54,692 bases of DNA from a virus, in IMG/VR virus record IMGVR_UViG_3300011008_000078, one strand, 5' to 3'. Below the pieces are notes generated by a model that saw only the letters and a program-made list of their open reading frames with translations, ran no database searches and was not told the DNA's origin. Both the position numbers and the translations under genes were made by a program. This document shows positions 1 through 10,722 of the stretch, piece after piece (position 1 is the first letter of the stretch; every line of letters begins with the position of its first letter).

Positions 1-99
1 AAAAATAATGAAATAAATTTAACACCTAATGATGTAAATAAGTTAAAAACCGTATTATTAGATTTTAATAGATTGTGTAAACGTCCAGATTTAAAACCA
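1..99 (+). repeat. Left copy of 99-bp perfect terminal inverted repeat
   Basis: Identical to reverse complement of 54594..54692, first mismatch at base 100. Confidence 0.95.
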
Positions 100-1122
100 A
101 ATCAACGAAATATAGAAAATTATAAATCTTTAAATGATTTATTACAATTTATAGATAGTTTTAAAACTGAGCATAAACTGCAAAATAATATCTATAAAAA
201 TTTAGAAAAAATATATAGTAATAAAGAATTTACAGTATATAGTATAAATAAAGATCAGTATGAAGAATGTAATAAATTATTTGGTGGTAATGAATATTTT
301 AATACTGGTTGGTGTATAGCTAAAAATGAAGAACATTTTAATGATTATTTAGAAAATTATTATTATCATCATGATGCAAAACCATATTTTGTATTTATAA
401 AAGATAATAAGCCATATGCATTATTACATTATGGCAATGTACAATTTAAAGATACTTCTGATGAATCATTAAAAGTTAATAATCCAAATATTATTGATTG
501 TTTATATAATCTTGATAATAATTTAGATATGTATAATGCCGGAGATTTACAATATTATAAATATCAAATATTTTCAAAAATATATCCAAATTTAAATAGA
601 AATGATTATATAGCACAAGAAATTAAAGGAATATATGATCCAAAAACAAAAACTATAGATTGTAAAGATAGAAGAATAATATTTAAAGATGCTTGGCTTG
701 ATGAAAATGGTACATTTGATTTTACTATTACTAATGCTACAAATGATTGGAGTGATTTATTTAGCGGTTGTCACAATTTAATTAAATTACCAGATAATTT
801 TATTATTCCAAATGGAATTAAACATTGTTATGAAATGTTTAATGAATGTACAAGTTTAGAAAAATTACCGGATAATTTTAATATTCCAAATACCGTTATT
901 GATTGTACTTGGATGTTTTTTAATTGTAAAAATTTAAAAGAATTACCAAAAAATTTTACTATTCCAGATAGTGTTAAAATTTGTGATTATATGTTTTGTG
1001 GTTGTAAAAATTTAACAAAATTACCAGAAAATTTTTCATTACATACATTTTGTACATATAGATCTATATTTGAAAATTCTGGTTTAGATGGAAAAATAGA
1101 TTTAAATACTTTAATACGTTAA
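73..1122 (+). CDS. Two-domain protein: N-terminal domain with NTGWCIAKN...YFVFIKDNKPYALLHYG, C-terminal BspA-like leucine-rich repeats
   Basis: Repeated motif CxxLxKLPxNFxIPxxVxxCxxMFxxC; 349 aa ORF (listed start is TTG; true start may differ). Confidence 0.75.
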   Translation: MCKRPDLKPNQRNIENYKSLNDLLQFIDSFKTEHKLQNNIYKNLEKIYSNKEFTVYSINKDQYEECNKLFGGNEYFNTGWCIAKNEEHFNDYLENYYYHHDAKPYFVFIKDNKPYALLHYGNVQFKDTSDESLKVNNPNIIDCLYNLDNNLDMYNAGDLQYYKYQIFSKIYPNLNRNDYIAQEIKGIYDPKTKTIDCKDRRIIFKDAWLDENGTFDFTITNATNDWSDLFSGCHNLIKLPDNFIIPNGIKHCYEMFNECTSLEKLPDNFNIPNTVIDCTWMFFNCKNLKELPKNFTIPDSVKICDYMFCGCKNLTKLPENFSLHTFCTYRSIFENSGLDGKIDLNTLIR

Positions 1123-1602
1123 TTAAATATCTACAAATATTGATGTATATGTATTATATGGTATATATTGATTACTATCATAAATTGAAAAATTTCTTTC
1201 AATTAATCCAATTTTTAATTCACAAAATATAGAATTTTGTTCTTCAATATATTTCCATTGTTCTTTTGGAAAAAATTCTTGAATTAATTGAATATCAGAT
1301 AATTTTTTATTAGTTTGATTTAAAAATAATATATTATCAAATATATCTTTTATTATTAAATACTTCCATTTAGATTTTTTCATTTTAATAATATTTAAAT
1401 CATCTAATGGATTATTTTTAAAATATTCAAAAATTAATTTTTTATCAGTTTCAAAATTCTCATTAAAATATAGTAAACATTTATTAATATTAGTAATATT
1501 AAATATTAATTGGTCTGATTTATTTTCTTTAATTATATTAATAATACCTATATTTTTATCAAAGGTAATTATTACAAAAAATAAATATTGATCTATTTGC
1601 AA
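1123..1602 (-). CDS. Hypothetical protein
   Basis: 159 aa ORF, no recognised motif. Confidence 0.5.
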   Translation of the reverse strand: MQIDQYLFFVIITFDKNIGIINIIKENKSDQLIFNITNINKCLLYFNENFETDKKLIFEYFKNNPLDDLNIIKMKKSKWKYLIIKDIFDNILFLNQTNKKLSDIQLIQEFFPKEQWKYIEEQNSIFCELKIGLIERNFSIYDSNQYIPYNTYTSIFVDI

Positions 1603-1727
1603 AACATATTGTTTAGATGGTATTAAGTCAATATTTTTTAATTGTTTTTAAATAATAATTAATATCTTTTTCTAAAAATAATTGAAAATATTTCTTTGTT
1701 TTATTTATATCTTTTTGTCTTATAAAA

Positions 1728-2399
1728 TTATTCATTATTTCTACTTAAAATATAATCAGTTGATAATATTTCATTTGGTTTGCATTCAATTAATTCATTA
1801 TTTCTATAAACAATAATTGAATGATCTTCAGTAATATATAATGCTCTTTTGTTTTTTACTCCAATTTTCCATCTATTTTTATTAACTTTATGTCTAAATA
1901 TTTTAGATATATTAGTCCAACCATTTAGTCCTTGTATTTGATCATTATTATTTAATTCAATTCTTTCTTTATTGTTTTCATCTATAATTATTTTATTATC
2001 TTTTGCATATTGATTCCATAGTTGTTCAATAGTTAATTTATTAACATTTTTATTATTTTTAATTTTTACAATTGAATGACTTGCTACACTATCAGTATCA
2101 CCAGCAATTACATATTCTTCATTTTCTTTATTTACTAATTTATTTAAAATTTCATTGGTATATCTAACCATTTCTCTAGTAACAGTTTGTCCTGATAATG
2201 TAACTGCTTCTGCATTATCTAAGTCAAATCCAGGATAAAATACTGATCCAAATACGCCATAAATTGAATTTAAAAATAATTTATATGCCATTTGAGATAA
2301 ATACTGAATATTTGCCAAATTTTTTAATTTATCTCTTTCTTTCTTTAATATATTAATTTTTTCAATTAATTCTTCTTTTTTAGTCATATATTTCTCCAA
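1728..2399 (-). CDS. Family B DNA polymerase fragment (palm motifs B and C) followed by N-terminal half of a split intein
   Basis: YKLFLNSIYGVFG (Kx3NSxYG motif B), YVIAGDTDS (motif C), then intein block A-like SVASHSIVKIK and block B-like LYITEDHSIIVY; ORF ends without the intein C-half or the rest of the polymerase. Confidence 0.85.
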   Translation of the reverse strand: MEKYMTKKEELIEKINILKKERDKLKNLANIQYLSQMAYKLFLNSIYGVFGSVFYPGFDLDNAEAVTLSGQTVTREMVRYTNEILNKLVNKENEEYVIAGDTDSVASHSIVKIKNNKNVNKLTIEQLWNQYAKDNKIIIDENNKERIELNNNDQIQGLNGWTNISKIFRHKVNKNRWKIGVKNKRALYITEDHSIIVYRNNELIECKPNEILSTDYILSRNNE

Positions 2400-2431
2400 T
2401 AATTAATATATTATTAAAATAATTTTGTATT

Positions 2432-3625
2432 TTAATGTTTAAAAAATTCATGTATTAACCATTTCTTTAATATAGTCCATCTATTTCTATTATTATTATC
2501 AGTTTTAACTGATTCTTTCCAAATAATATTAAAAAACATTTGTAATTGATTTGATAAATGATATTTAGAAAATATTTGCATATTTTGAAGATAATATTTA
2601 TTTTCTATTTCCTGTATATTTTTTTTAATAGAAAATCTAAATGGTATTTTACAAAATTCCATTAAATGGTTAAAAAATCTGTATATATTATTTTTATCAT
2701 TTAAATCATAATATTGTTTAAATAATATTTTCAATTGTTCAATAAAAGTTTCGCATAATGGTTTAAATTCTTTTTCATCTAAGTAATAATTGATTATTTC
2801 TTCATCTTCATTAAATGCACCATTTCTATTTAAAATAAAATCGTTATGAATTAATGTTGATCTATATTGTCTGCCAATTTCCCAATTTTCTGCATTAATT
2901 TTTATTAAATAATCTAATAAATGTTCAAATTCATGAATTATAGTACTATTTTTAAATTTTGATAATGTTGTTAAATATTTCCCATTAATACCAATTATTC
3001 CAAAATCTGTTTGACTTAATATATTATTTTTTATTATTGAATATTTTTCTTTTAATGTATTAGCTCTTTCAGATATTTTTAATATGTATTTTTTATAATA
3101 ATTACCTGCTTTATCTAATTCACTTCCTAATGTTAATCTTTCTGAAATTGATGGTAAATCTTTAATATATATTTTTTCTTCTAACCATTCAATTGGTGGT
3201 TGATAATAATTAGATATATCAAATTTTATTTCAATATATCCTATAGATTGTTTTAATATATTAATAAAATTATGAAAATTTTTATAATTTTTTATTTTAG
3301 ATAATGGCAAATTCTTGGCAATTTCTGATATTTTAATTTGTTTGCTAAAGGATGGAATTTGATTATGTTCTTTTGCATATTTCATTTCTTCATATAATTG
3401 ATCAAATAATTGAACAAACCAATTTTCAAATATATTATTTATATTGCTAAAATATGTAGCTTCAAATATTAATGTATTAATATAAGTTTTCCAATCTTCA
3501 TACAAAATATTAATATATTGGTTTTGTATTTGATTATATTGGTCTTTTAATAATTGTTCATTCCATTCATATATTAATTGATTATTATTAAACATATTTA
3601 AATATGCATTATTAAAATTATTCAT
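2432..3625 (-). CDS. Putative zinc metallopeptidase-like protein (HExxH)
   Basis: NSTIIHEFEHLLDYLIK. Confidence 0.5.
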   Translation of the reverse strand: MNNFNNAYLNMFNNNQLIYEWNEQLLKDQYNQIQNQYINILYEDWKTYINTLIFEATYFSNINNIFENWFVQLFDQLYEEMKYAKEHNQIPSFSKQIKISEIAKNLPLSKIKNYKNFHNFINILKQSIGYIEIKFDISNYYQPPIEWLEEKIYIKDLPSISERLTLGSELDKAGNYYKKYILKISERANTLKEKYSIIKNNILSQTDFGIIGINGKYLTTLSKFKNSTIIHEFEHLLDYLIKINAENWEIGRQYRSTLIHNDFILNRNGAFNEDEEIINYYLDEKEFKPLCETFIEQLKILFKQYYDLNDKNNIYRFFNHLMEFCKIPFRFSIKKNIQEIENKYYLQNMQIFSKYHLSNQLQMFFNIIWKESVKTDNNNRNRWTILKKWLIHEFFKH

Positions 3626-4232
3626 ATTTGATTGGAATTCCTTGTTTTAATAGTGTTAATACTTTATTAACAAATTGAACTGATACTAATTCCATTATAT
3701 CTAAACCATCAGTTACTAATTCATCTATTTCTTTTATCGGCAGGTCTTTATACTTATTTAAATCAATTTCATTAATTGGTGTATGAAAACCATGTTTTCC
3801 AAAATCATAAAATAAATAATAAAAATATATAGGTTTATTTTTATTTTCTATATCTACAAAATCTACTTCAATATTTTTATCATAATCATAATATGAATTA
3901 GACCATACTATATCTTCATCTTTAATTGATGAAAAACGTTTGTCATAGTCATATATTCTAATTCTATCATAGTATTTAAACTCTTTATGAATATATGTAG
4001 GTGTAACAAATGATAATAATTCTGATTTAATCAAATAATATTTTTCTTTTTTATCGGTATATGTTTTAATTGAATCATATTTGTAATAATTATAATAATC
4101 AACATTTAATTCTCGTATTTTATCTCTACAATTTTTAGCACGTTTATTCACGGAATACAATGCATCAATAAACATATCAATAGTTACTATTTTATTTTTG
4201 ATATTTTTATTATATTCGGTAGATAATTTCAT
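3618..4232 (-). CDS. Hypothetical protein
   Basis: 204 aa ORF overlapping its neighbours by a few nt. Confidence 0.55.
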   Translation of the reverse strand: MKLSTEYNKNIKNKIVTIDMFIDALYSVNKRAKNCRDKIRELNVDYYNYYKYDSIKTYTDKKEKYYLIKSELLSFVTPTYIHKEFKYYDRIRIYDYDKRFSSIKDEDIVWSNSYYDYDKNIEVDFVDIENKNKPIYFYYLFYDFGKHGFHTPINEIDLNKYKDLPIKEIDELVTDGLDIMELVSVQFVNKVLTLLKQGIPIKYE

Positions 4233-4738
4233 TTTTTAATTATATCATAAACTTCTTTAGTAATATATTTTTCTAATTGAGAATAATCAACATTATTATT
4301 TAATAATTCTCTTACTTTTGTAGAAGAAATATCATCAGTTCTTGGAATAATTTCAAATTTATATTCATTTAATAATTTATCTGAATGTTCCCATTTTTTA
4401 TCATTTAGGTCCTTCCATTCATCTTCACCTACCACAATACATATTTCATCATTTGGAAATAACTTATGCAAATATTCATATGTTCGTGTATATTGATATA
4501 ATACTTGCCATTTAACAAATATTTGTTTTTCAATTAATGGTACATATTTATTAAACATATAATTATATACCATATCATATCTTATTTGATCAGAATAACT
4601 ATATTCTTTATCTTGATATGAAGTTATACCAATAATTAATTGATCTTGTTTTAAATCCATTTTATTAACAAGATCATCCATTATCTTTTGATGTGCTTTG
4701 GTTAATGGATTAAATGCTCCACTATAAAAATAAATCAT
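4229..4738 (-). CDS. nadD: Nicotinate/nicotinamide-nucleotide adenylyltransferase-like nucleotidyltransferase
   Basis: GAFNPLTKAHQ nucleotidyltransferase motif and C-terminal ISSTKVRELL. Confidence 0.7.
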   Translation of the reverse strand: MIYFYSGAFNPLTKAHQKIMDDLVNKMDLKQDQLIIGITSYQDKEYSYSDQIRYDMVYNYMFNKYVPLIEKQIFVKWQVLYQYTRTYEYLHKLFPNDEICIVVGEDEWKDLNDKKWEHSDKLLNEYKFEIIPRTDDISSTKVRELLNNNVDYSQLEKYITKEVYDIIKK

Positions 4739-4761
4739 ATTTATAACTCTTTCTATATTAA

Positions 4762-4941
4762 TTATTTAAATATTTCATCTTGACATTTTTTACAAAGTCT
4801 AGAGATTTTAAATTCTTTTCTTTCTAATTCAGTTTCAAACTCATCTTCATTTACTGGTTTCTTACAAAATGGACAAAGCTTATTTTCAACAGAATCTACA
4901 AAATCACCAAACCCAATATCTTTCATAATTTCTTTATTCAT
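4762..4941 (-). CDS. Small zinc-ribbon protein
   Basis: Hand-translated MNKEIMKDIGFGDFVDSVENKLCPFCKKPVNEDEFETELERKEFKISRLCKKCQDEIFK; absent from ORF track. Confidence 0.5.
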   Translation of the reverse strand: MNKEIMKDIGFGDFVDSVENKLCPFCKKPVNEDEFETELERKEFKISRLCKKCQDEIFK

Positions 4942-5918
4942 TATTTTTTCTCCTTCATATCTTTAAAATAATTACCTACTAATTTTTTAATAAGTCTAAA
5001 ATGTTGATTTGTTGCTAAACAAATTATTAAACACGCTTTTTCGCCTAATCCTAATGTAATAAATACACTATGTTGATTAATATTATCAATTAATTCATTA
5101 ATATGACCATCTCGTTTTTTCCATTCTTTAGCAAAAACCATTAATTCATTCATAATTTGTAATGGTAAATTTTTATTATATTTTGCTGATGGAATTAATT
5201 TATAACATATATTATTAAAATATGGAATGATTTCTTCTTCTCTTATAATTTTTTTAGTTAATTTATCATTAATTAAATTATATGTATCTAATTTTTTTGC
5301 TCTGGCTAATAATTCTATAGGTTCAAATTTATCTGTTTTTCTTTCTTCTGAATCTAATAAAACACCTTTACCAGTAACATCTTGAACAAAATGTATTAAT
5401 TCATGATATATACAATCAGTATTTATTACACTACTATTTAAAATTATTATACCATATAATTCAGAGAATTTAAAATATACTCCAGGAACATTTGGTTTTA
5501 AATTATTTGCTAAATTTTGTAAACGTTTATTATTTCTATTTAATAAAAGTTTATTTTCAAAAAAATCAAATAATGTATTTACATTATTAAAATCATATTT
5601 AAATATAAGTAAATGTTTATATGGTTTAGTCCATTCTCCAGTATTTTTTATATAACCAACTAAATCTTTTTTTCTAAAATCTAAATAATCATTTTCATTT
5701 AAATTTAAAATTACATCTATCAAATTTTTAAAATCATCATATCTAAATACTAATTTACTTTCATTTATTATTTCAATATCATTATTGTCTAATAATTCAC
5801 TTTCTAAAATTGATATTGTATCATCAAAATTATCATATCCTTTATTTTCTTCTGGTTCAATTAAAAGATCTGATTCTTTTATCATTATTTTATTATATAA
5901 TTCATTAAATTTATCCAT
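4941..5918 (-). CDS. Putative zinc metallopeptidase-like protein (HELIH)
   Basis: NTDCIYHELIHFVQDVTG. Confidence 0.5.
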   Translation of the reverse strand: MDKFNELYNKIMIKESDLLIEPEENKGYDNFDDTISILESELLDNNDIEIINESKLVFRYDDFKNLIDVILNLNENDYLDFRKKDLVGYIKNTGEWTKPYKHLLIFKYDFNNVNTLFDFFENKLLLNRNNKRLQNLANNLKPNVPGVYFKFSELYGIIILNSSVINTDCIYHELIHFVQDVTGKGVLLDSEERKTDKFEPIELLARAKKLDTYNLINDKLTKKIIREEEIIPYFNNICYKLIPSAKYNKNLPLQIMNELMVFAKEWKKRDGHINELIDNINQHSVFITLGLGEKACLIICLATNQHFRLIKKLVGNYFKDMKEKK

Positions 5919-5942
5919 AATAATATATTATCCATTATATAT

Positions 5943-6470
5943 TTAATTAATATTATTTATTTGTAGATATTGTTTAATACTTACAACTTCTTTACAATAT
6001 TGAGTCCATTCAACCCAATCATCTCTTAACTTATTACCAAATCCACATTTATAACAATAATTATTTTTATTTAACTTATTTTTACATATTGGACAAATTG
6101 TATTATCAAAATTTAATATTTGTTGTTTTTCTTTATTAGTTAATGTATTCCAATAATCAGCAATCCAATCATCCAACATTCTAAATATATGCCATTTTAA
6201 ATCTACCATATATTTTATTTCATGATCAGTATATATCTTAGTTAATTTCTTTTCATCTTCATTATCAAATAATACAAATTCATAATATATATTACTACTT
6301 AAATTTTTTAATGGTTTATTTTTCCAAATAGGTCCAACCAAATATTTAATACTCATCCAATGACTTATAAATGAGCATTTAGCATAATTATCACTATCAC
6401 CTTTAAAAAACTCAATTTGTCTAAAATATTCTTTACCAGTAATTATATTGTCTTTAGTTAAAAATTTCAT
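5943..6470 (-). CDS. Zinc-ribbon containing hypothetical protein
   Basis: CPICKNKLNKNNYCYKCGFG. Confidence 0.5.
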   Translation of the reverse strand: MKFLTKDNIITGKEYFRQIEFFKGDSDNYAKCSFISHWMSIKYLVGPIWKNKPLKNLSSNIYYEFVLFDNEDEKKLTKIYTDHEIKYMVDLKWHIFRMLDDWIADYWNTLTNKEKQQILNFDNTICPICKNKLNKNNYCYKCGFGNKLRDDWVEWTQYCKEVVSIKQYLQINNIN

Positions 6471-6496
6471 TATTAACCTTTCTTTAAAAATTAAAT

Positions 6497-6889
6497 TTAT
6501 TTAAAGGTATAATAAAAATTGGTTTTCTCAAGATAATTATTTGTATATTTTTCTCTTATTTTATAATTTCCATCTCTTGAAATTAATGTAGGAATATCCC
6601 AATCTTCAATCCAATATTTTCCATCATGATTAATAAATATTGACTTACCATTAAATTCAACATTAAGTCCTTTATCAAAACTAAATATAGGATCTTTAAT
6701 TATTTCTGGTTCATAATTATCACTTTCATCAAATTCATTTCTATCTTTAGAAATATATACTAAATTTCCTTCAATTGTTTCTATATGTGGTTCTTTTTCA
6801 AATCCTGTAATACCTTTTCCATCAATAGAAATATAGTTACAAGTTGGATTAAGCTCAAACATTAATTTAACAAAATCTACAAGTTTCAT
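6497..6889 (-). CDS. Hypothetical protein
   Basis: 130 aa ORF. Confidence 0.5.
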   Translation of the reverse strand: MKLVDFVKLMFELNPTCNYISIDGKGITGFEKEPHIETIEGNLVYISKDRNEFDESDNYEPEIIKDPIFSFDKGLNVEFNGKSIFINHDGKYWIEDWDIPTLISRDGNYKIREKYTNNYLEKTNFYYTFK

Positions 6890-6891
6890 AA

Positions 6892-7392
6892 TTATTTTCC
6901 TTTTTCTATTAACATTTGAAAATATGGTGAAGTATCTTCATCTTTAGTTGTCATCATAATTTGATTAATTCTTTTAAAATCTTCTGCTTGTCCAATATTC
7001 CAAAACATAATTGCATGATATGGATTATCAAAAAATCCTTTTTCTTCAGTATATTCACCTTTAGCATATTGTAATAATGTATCTATTTCATCTTGATCAT
7101 CATTCTTGGTACCTAAAGCAGATGATGTACAATTACAATACCACTTGTCTATTATCTTATTATAACGAAGTTGTGGATTACACCTACATGCATCCAGTGA
7201 ACACGGAAGTACTAAACAATTGTTTACTTCTGATACTTCAAGATAATTTGGATCTTCATATTTGTTATCTTTCTTCCACCATTTAAAATCTATACTTTCA
7301 TCACTATCTTTATTTGGTCTATAATATATATTAAGATAATCTCCACAATCATTCCAAACTAAACAATCTTCTTTTTTAGGTACAAATATCAT
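6892..7392 (-). CDS. Hypothetical Cys-rich protein
   Basis: Motif CRCNPQLRYNKIIDKWYCNC. Confidence 0.5.
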   Translation of the reverse strand: MIFVPKKEDCLVWNDCGDYLNIYYRPNKDSDESIDFKWWKKDNKYEDPNYLEVSEVNNCLVLPCSLDACRCNPQLRYNKIIDKWYCNCTSSALGTKNDDQDEIDTLLQYAKGEYTEEKGFFDNPYHAIMFWNIGQAEDFKRINQIMMTTKDEDTSPYFQMLIEKGK

Positions 7393-7426
7393 ATTTAAAT
7401 CCTTTCATATTTAATATTTAAAATAA

Positions 7427-7855
7427 TTAAATGTTAAATACATTTAAATTTTCATTATTTATTGTTTCTAATTTTTTAGAAAATGAAAAATATTTAATAT
7501 CATTTATAGTAGTATTTGTTAACCAAGGAATGAATATATCTCTTTCTGATGGTTTATTTTCAGCTTCCCATACTAAAAATACAATATCTTTTCCATGAGA
7601 TAAAACATCTAATTGTTCAAAAATAAAATCTTTATTTAATGAATATATTTGTTTTATATATCTTTCTTCAAAATTTGAAGTTTCAAAATTTAAACATGCA
7701 TCTTGAAATAATTGTTTATTTGGAACAAATGGTATAAATTGTTCACCTTCAAAATATGAAGGTATAGTATAAGATGTAGCTAAAAATACAAATTTATTTT
7801 GTATTTCTTTAGCTAATTTATGATATTCATTAAAGCTATAATACCAGAATTTCAT
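7427..7855 (-). CDS. DUF488-like protein
   Basis: Overall pattern MKFWYYSFNEYHKL...PSYFEG...LSHGKDIVFLVWEAENKPSERDIFIPWL resembles phage DUF488 proteins from memory. Confidence 0.35.
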   Translation of the reverse strand: MKFWYYSFNEYHKLAKEIQNKFVFLATSYTIPSYFEGEQFIPFVPNKQLFQDACLNFETSNFEERYIKQIYSLNKDFIFEQLDVLSHGKDIVFLVWEAENKPSERDIFIPWLTNTTINDIKYFSFSKKLETINNENLNVFNI

Positions 7856-7879
7856 TTTTATTTACCAATCAACTCCTTG

Positions 7880-8020
7880 TCATGTTTTAGAAGTTTGTCC
7901 ATCTTTATATCCTTTGATATAAGCTTCTTTTAATTTTTTATCTTGTTCTCTTTTAATATATAAAAACAAATATATACCACATAATATTGAAAATAAAAAT
8001 CCAAAAATTATCCAAATCAT
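7880..8020 (-). CDS. Small single-pass membrane protein
   Basis: Hand-translated MIWIIFGFLFSILCGIYLFLYIKREQDKKLKEAYIKGYKDGQTSKT. Confidence 0.4.
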   Translation of the reverse strand: MIWIIFGFLFSILCGIYLFLYIKREQDKKLKEAYIKGYKDGQTSKT

Positions 8021-8037
8021 TTTTTTTACATTTCTCC

Positions 8038-8559
8038 TTATTTTTCTATGTTCCAAACTGCATTAAAAAATTCATTTCTTTCTGCACATTTATCAGGATC
8101 ATAACAACAAACATTAAATATAGAAGGTTCAGTTGGATATTTAATAATATATCTTTTATTATCAATAATTATAAATGTCATAAGATTATTTGGATTATTC
8201 TTATATTTAATTGGTTGATAAGCAATAACATTATCATTAAAACTTAAAAAATTATCATAATAATAATCAACTACTTTTTTAGGTATTTGATTTACTATTT
8301 CAATGAGTTTAATTCCTTCTTTTGGTAAATTATGATGACTATTTCTAAGTATATAGTCAAAATCTCGAAAATTAATATCATTCAATGATTTAACAAAAAT
8401 ATTAATAGAATATTTTGCAGATTCAAAAAATTTTTCTAAAATAAAAATAATATTTCTATCACAATGAAATATTTGAGAATTATTAATTTCAAGACTATTA
8501 ATAATTTTATTTCTAAATTTAATATCAAATTCAGTAAGTTTTGTTTTAAAATCACTCAT
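8038..8559 (-). CDS. Hypothetical protein
   Basis: 173 aa ORF. Confidence 0.5.
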   Translation of the reverse strand: MSDFKTKLTEFDIKFRNKIINSLEINNSQIFHCDRNIIFILEKFFESAKYSINIFVKSLNDINFRDFDYILRNSHHNLPKEGIKLIEIVNQIPKKVVDYYYDNFLSFNDNVIAYQPIKYKNNPNNLMTFIIIDNKRYIIKYPTEPSIFNVCCYDPDKCAERNEFFNAVWNIEK

Positions 8560-8573
8560 GCCGTATTTTATCC

Positions 8574-9050
8574 TTAGTTTAAATCTTCGTTTTTAAGATC
8601 ATATTCACTTTTAGTAAATTCAATTAAACCTTTATATTGTTTAATTAATTTTTTACCATGTTCTTTTGATATTCTATATTCAATTTCATTATCTTTTAAA
8701 AATTTTTCAAAGTTTCCTGATGAAAAACTACATCTAAAATTTTCTCTAATCTCTGGATAATTTTTAATTAATTTTCCACCTTCAAAAATAACTATACTTA
8801 TCCATAATGTTGGATCATCAAATACAATCTTAGTACTTGCAGAACATTCATGAAATGTTTTATAAAAACCACCGTTTCCATCTGATTTAAGATACCAAAT
8901 TGTATGTTCATTAGGTTCAAACTCAAGATGATAATTTTCATGATCTATATCATATGTAATTTGAAAATCTTTATTAATAAAATTTGGATTACTTGATTTA
9001 GTAATTCGATAAACTATATCATCTCTTAAATCTTTAAAATATTTACTCAT
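8574..9050 (-). CDS. Hypothetical protein
   Basis: 158 aa ORF. Confidence 0.5.
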   Translation of the reverse strand: MSKYFKDLRDDIVYRITKSSNPNFINKDFQITYDIDHENYHLEFEPNEHTIWYLKSDGNGGFYKTFHECSASTKIVFDDPTLWISIVIFEGGKLIKNYPEIRENFRCSFSSGNFEKFLKDNEIEYRISKEHGKKLIKQYKGLIEFTKSEYDLKNEDLN

Positions 9051-9071
9051 TGCTTATACTTCCGTTTAAAT

Positions 9072-9566
9072 TTATAACTTAAATATTTCTTGTTCTAATA
9101 TATATTCATTTTTATTACCACTTAAACATTTACAATATTCACCTTCATTGTATTTTGAATATGTCATATTTTCTTTTAATAACCATTTAACTGCATCATC
9201 TGAAAAAACAATATCATACTTTTCTTTAGCAAATTTAATTCCTAAATATGATATGCACATTTCAAATTGCATTTGAGAAATATTATTTAATGTATATTTC
9301 TTTAATTTAAATGGAACCTGATTTGTTAATTTAACATGTGCAAATTCATGAAAAAATGAAATCAATTTTAACTCTAATGAATTTTTAATAGTAAAATATG
9401 AAATCATGATAAATTTTCCACTACATGTTCCACCATTTAAAGCCCAACCTAAATTCTCAGCCTCTTTTTTATTATCAACAATTAACAATTCTATCTTATA
9501 TTCATCACATATTTTTTTCATTAATGAATAAACTTGATCTTTTGTATATTTTATTGTTCTAACCAT
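9072..9566 (-). CDS. ImmA/IrrE-like zinc metallopeptidase
   Basis: LKLISFFHEFAHVKL. Confidence 0.55.
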   Translation of the reverse strand: MVRTIKYTKDQVYSLMKKICDEYKIELLIVDNKKEAENLGWALNGGTCSGKFIMISYFTIKNSLELKLISFFHEFAHVKLTNQVPFKLKKYTLNNISQMQFEMCISYLGIKFAKEKYDIVFSDDAVKWLLKENMTYSKYNEGEYCKCLSGNKNEYILEQEIFKL

Positions 9567-9584
9567 TTTGGTATCTTTCAGCTC

Positions 9585-10031
9585 CTATTCACATAAAGAA
9601 TTTTCTTCCTTTTCTTTAATATATTGACTCAATTTCATGGCAAATTCATTAATGTCTTCAATACATTCAAATTCAACCTTTCTATAGTCTCCAACAACAT
9701 ATGCATTCATTAGGTTATATAATTCTTTCCAAGAAAATGCAAACCATGTATCATCATATTCATCAAATGGATCATCGTCATAATAAATGTCATCAATATA
9801 TGGACCGCGCGGATGTCCACCATTTCCTGATGTAGGATATCTCCAACATTTTTTTATTTTAGGAAGTCTAGCATAACAATATGCATATCCAAGTGTATCA
9901 TTAACTTCTTTTGCAAGTTCAAACGAAATATATTCTTCCATTTTTATCTTTATTCCTTCTTTATTAATTGGATTAAATAACACTATAAATTGTATTAACA
10001 TATGCAGAATGTCTTTTATTTCTACAATCAT
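9585..10031 (-). CDS. Hypothetical protein
   Basis: 148 aa ORF. Confidence 0.45.
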   Translation of the reverse strand: MIVEIKDILHMLIQFIVLFNPINKEGIKIKMEEYISFELAKEVNDTLGYAYCYARLPKIKKCWRYPTSGNGGHPRGPYIDDIYYDDDPFDEYDDTWFAFSWKELYNLMNAYVVGDYRKVEFECIEDINEFAMKLSQYIKEKEENSLCE

Positions 10032-10722
10032 TACACATAAAAATATTTTTATAATTTAAAATTCTTACATAAAAATTACTATATTTAATTTGAATTTTTT
10101 CTCCTTCTTCAATATCATCTACATAATGATCTACCGCATAACTACATCTACCTCTTAAAATTTCAATTTCAACTTTACTATTATTATCAATAATTAAATT
10201 GGTCATACCCTGTGTATTATTAATAAAACCAATTCCGATACCACTAGTAAAAAATGTATTAGCAATATTTTTAAAATATCCGGTACTACCAAGTGGTGTA
10301 CTACAAATTATTCCATCACCTATAATATTCTCTGCATATATTTTATCATTTATCTTCAAACTGCATCTCATAGCTTTAGAAATATCTTGATTCTTGATAA
10401 CAAGTTCAGATATACCTATAAATTTTGATAAATTATCATGAAATAAACTATCTTTATAACATTCTATAATATTTCCATAATATGCATTAGTAAAAGTAAA
10501 ATCTATAATTTGATGTTTTTCACATCTACTATAATTTCTAATTGGAAATATATATTTATTTGGATATTTTTGAAATATATCTAATAATGTTCCATCTCCA
10601 CCACAACAAATAATACAATCTGCTTCATCAGGTATAGATACAATATTAGAATTATCTATTTGATCTTTAAACATATCAAATAGTTCTATATTATTTCGTG
10701 AATCATAAAAATAATATTTCAT
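9973..10722 (-). CDS. nadK: NAD kinase
   Basis: CGGDGTLLDIF (GGDGT) and STPLGSTGYFKN signature motifs. Confidence 0.85.
   Translation of the reverse strand: MKYYFYDSRNNIELFDMFKDQIDNSNIVSIPDEADCIICCGGDGTLLDIFQKYPNKYIFPIRNYSRCEKHQIIDFTFTNAYYGNIIECYKDSLFHDNLSKFIGISELVIKNQDISKAMRCSLKINDKIYAENIIGDGIICSTPLGSTGYFKNIANTFFTSGIGIGFINNTQGMTNLIIDNNSKVEIEILRGRCSYAVDHYVDDIEEGEKIQIKYSNFYVRILNYKNIFMCNDCRNKRHSAYVNTIYSVI

Noticed and set aside
7077-8247. Plus-strand ORFs 7077..7286 and 7987..8247
   Set aside because: Antisense to better-supported minus-strand genes; low-complexity translations from an AT-rich genome.
10199-10390. Plus-strand ORF inside nadK
   Set aside because: Antisense of a clear NAD kinase.
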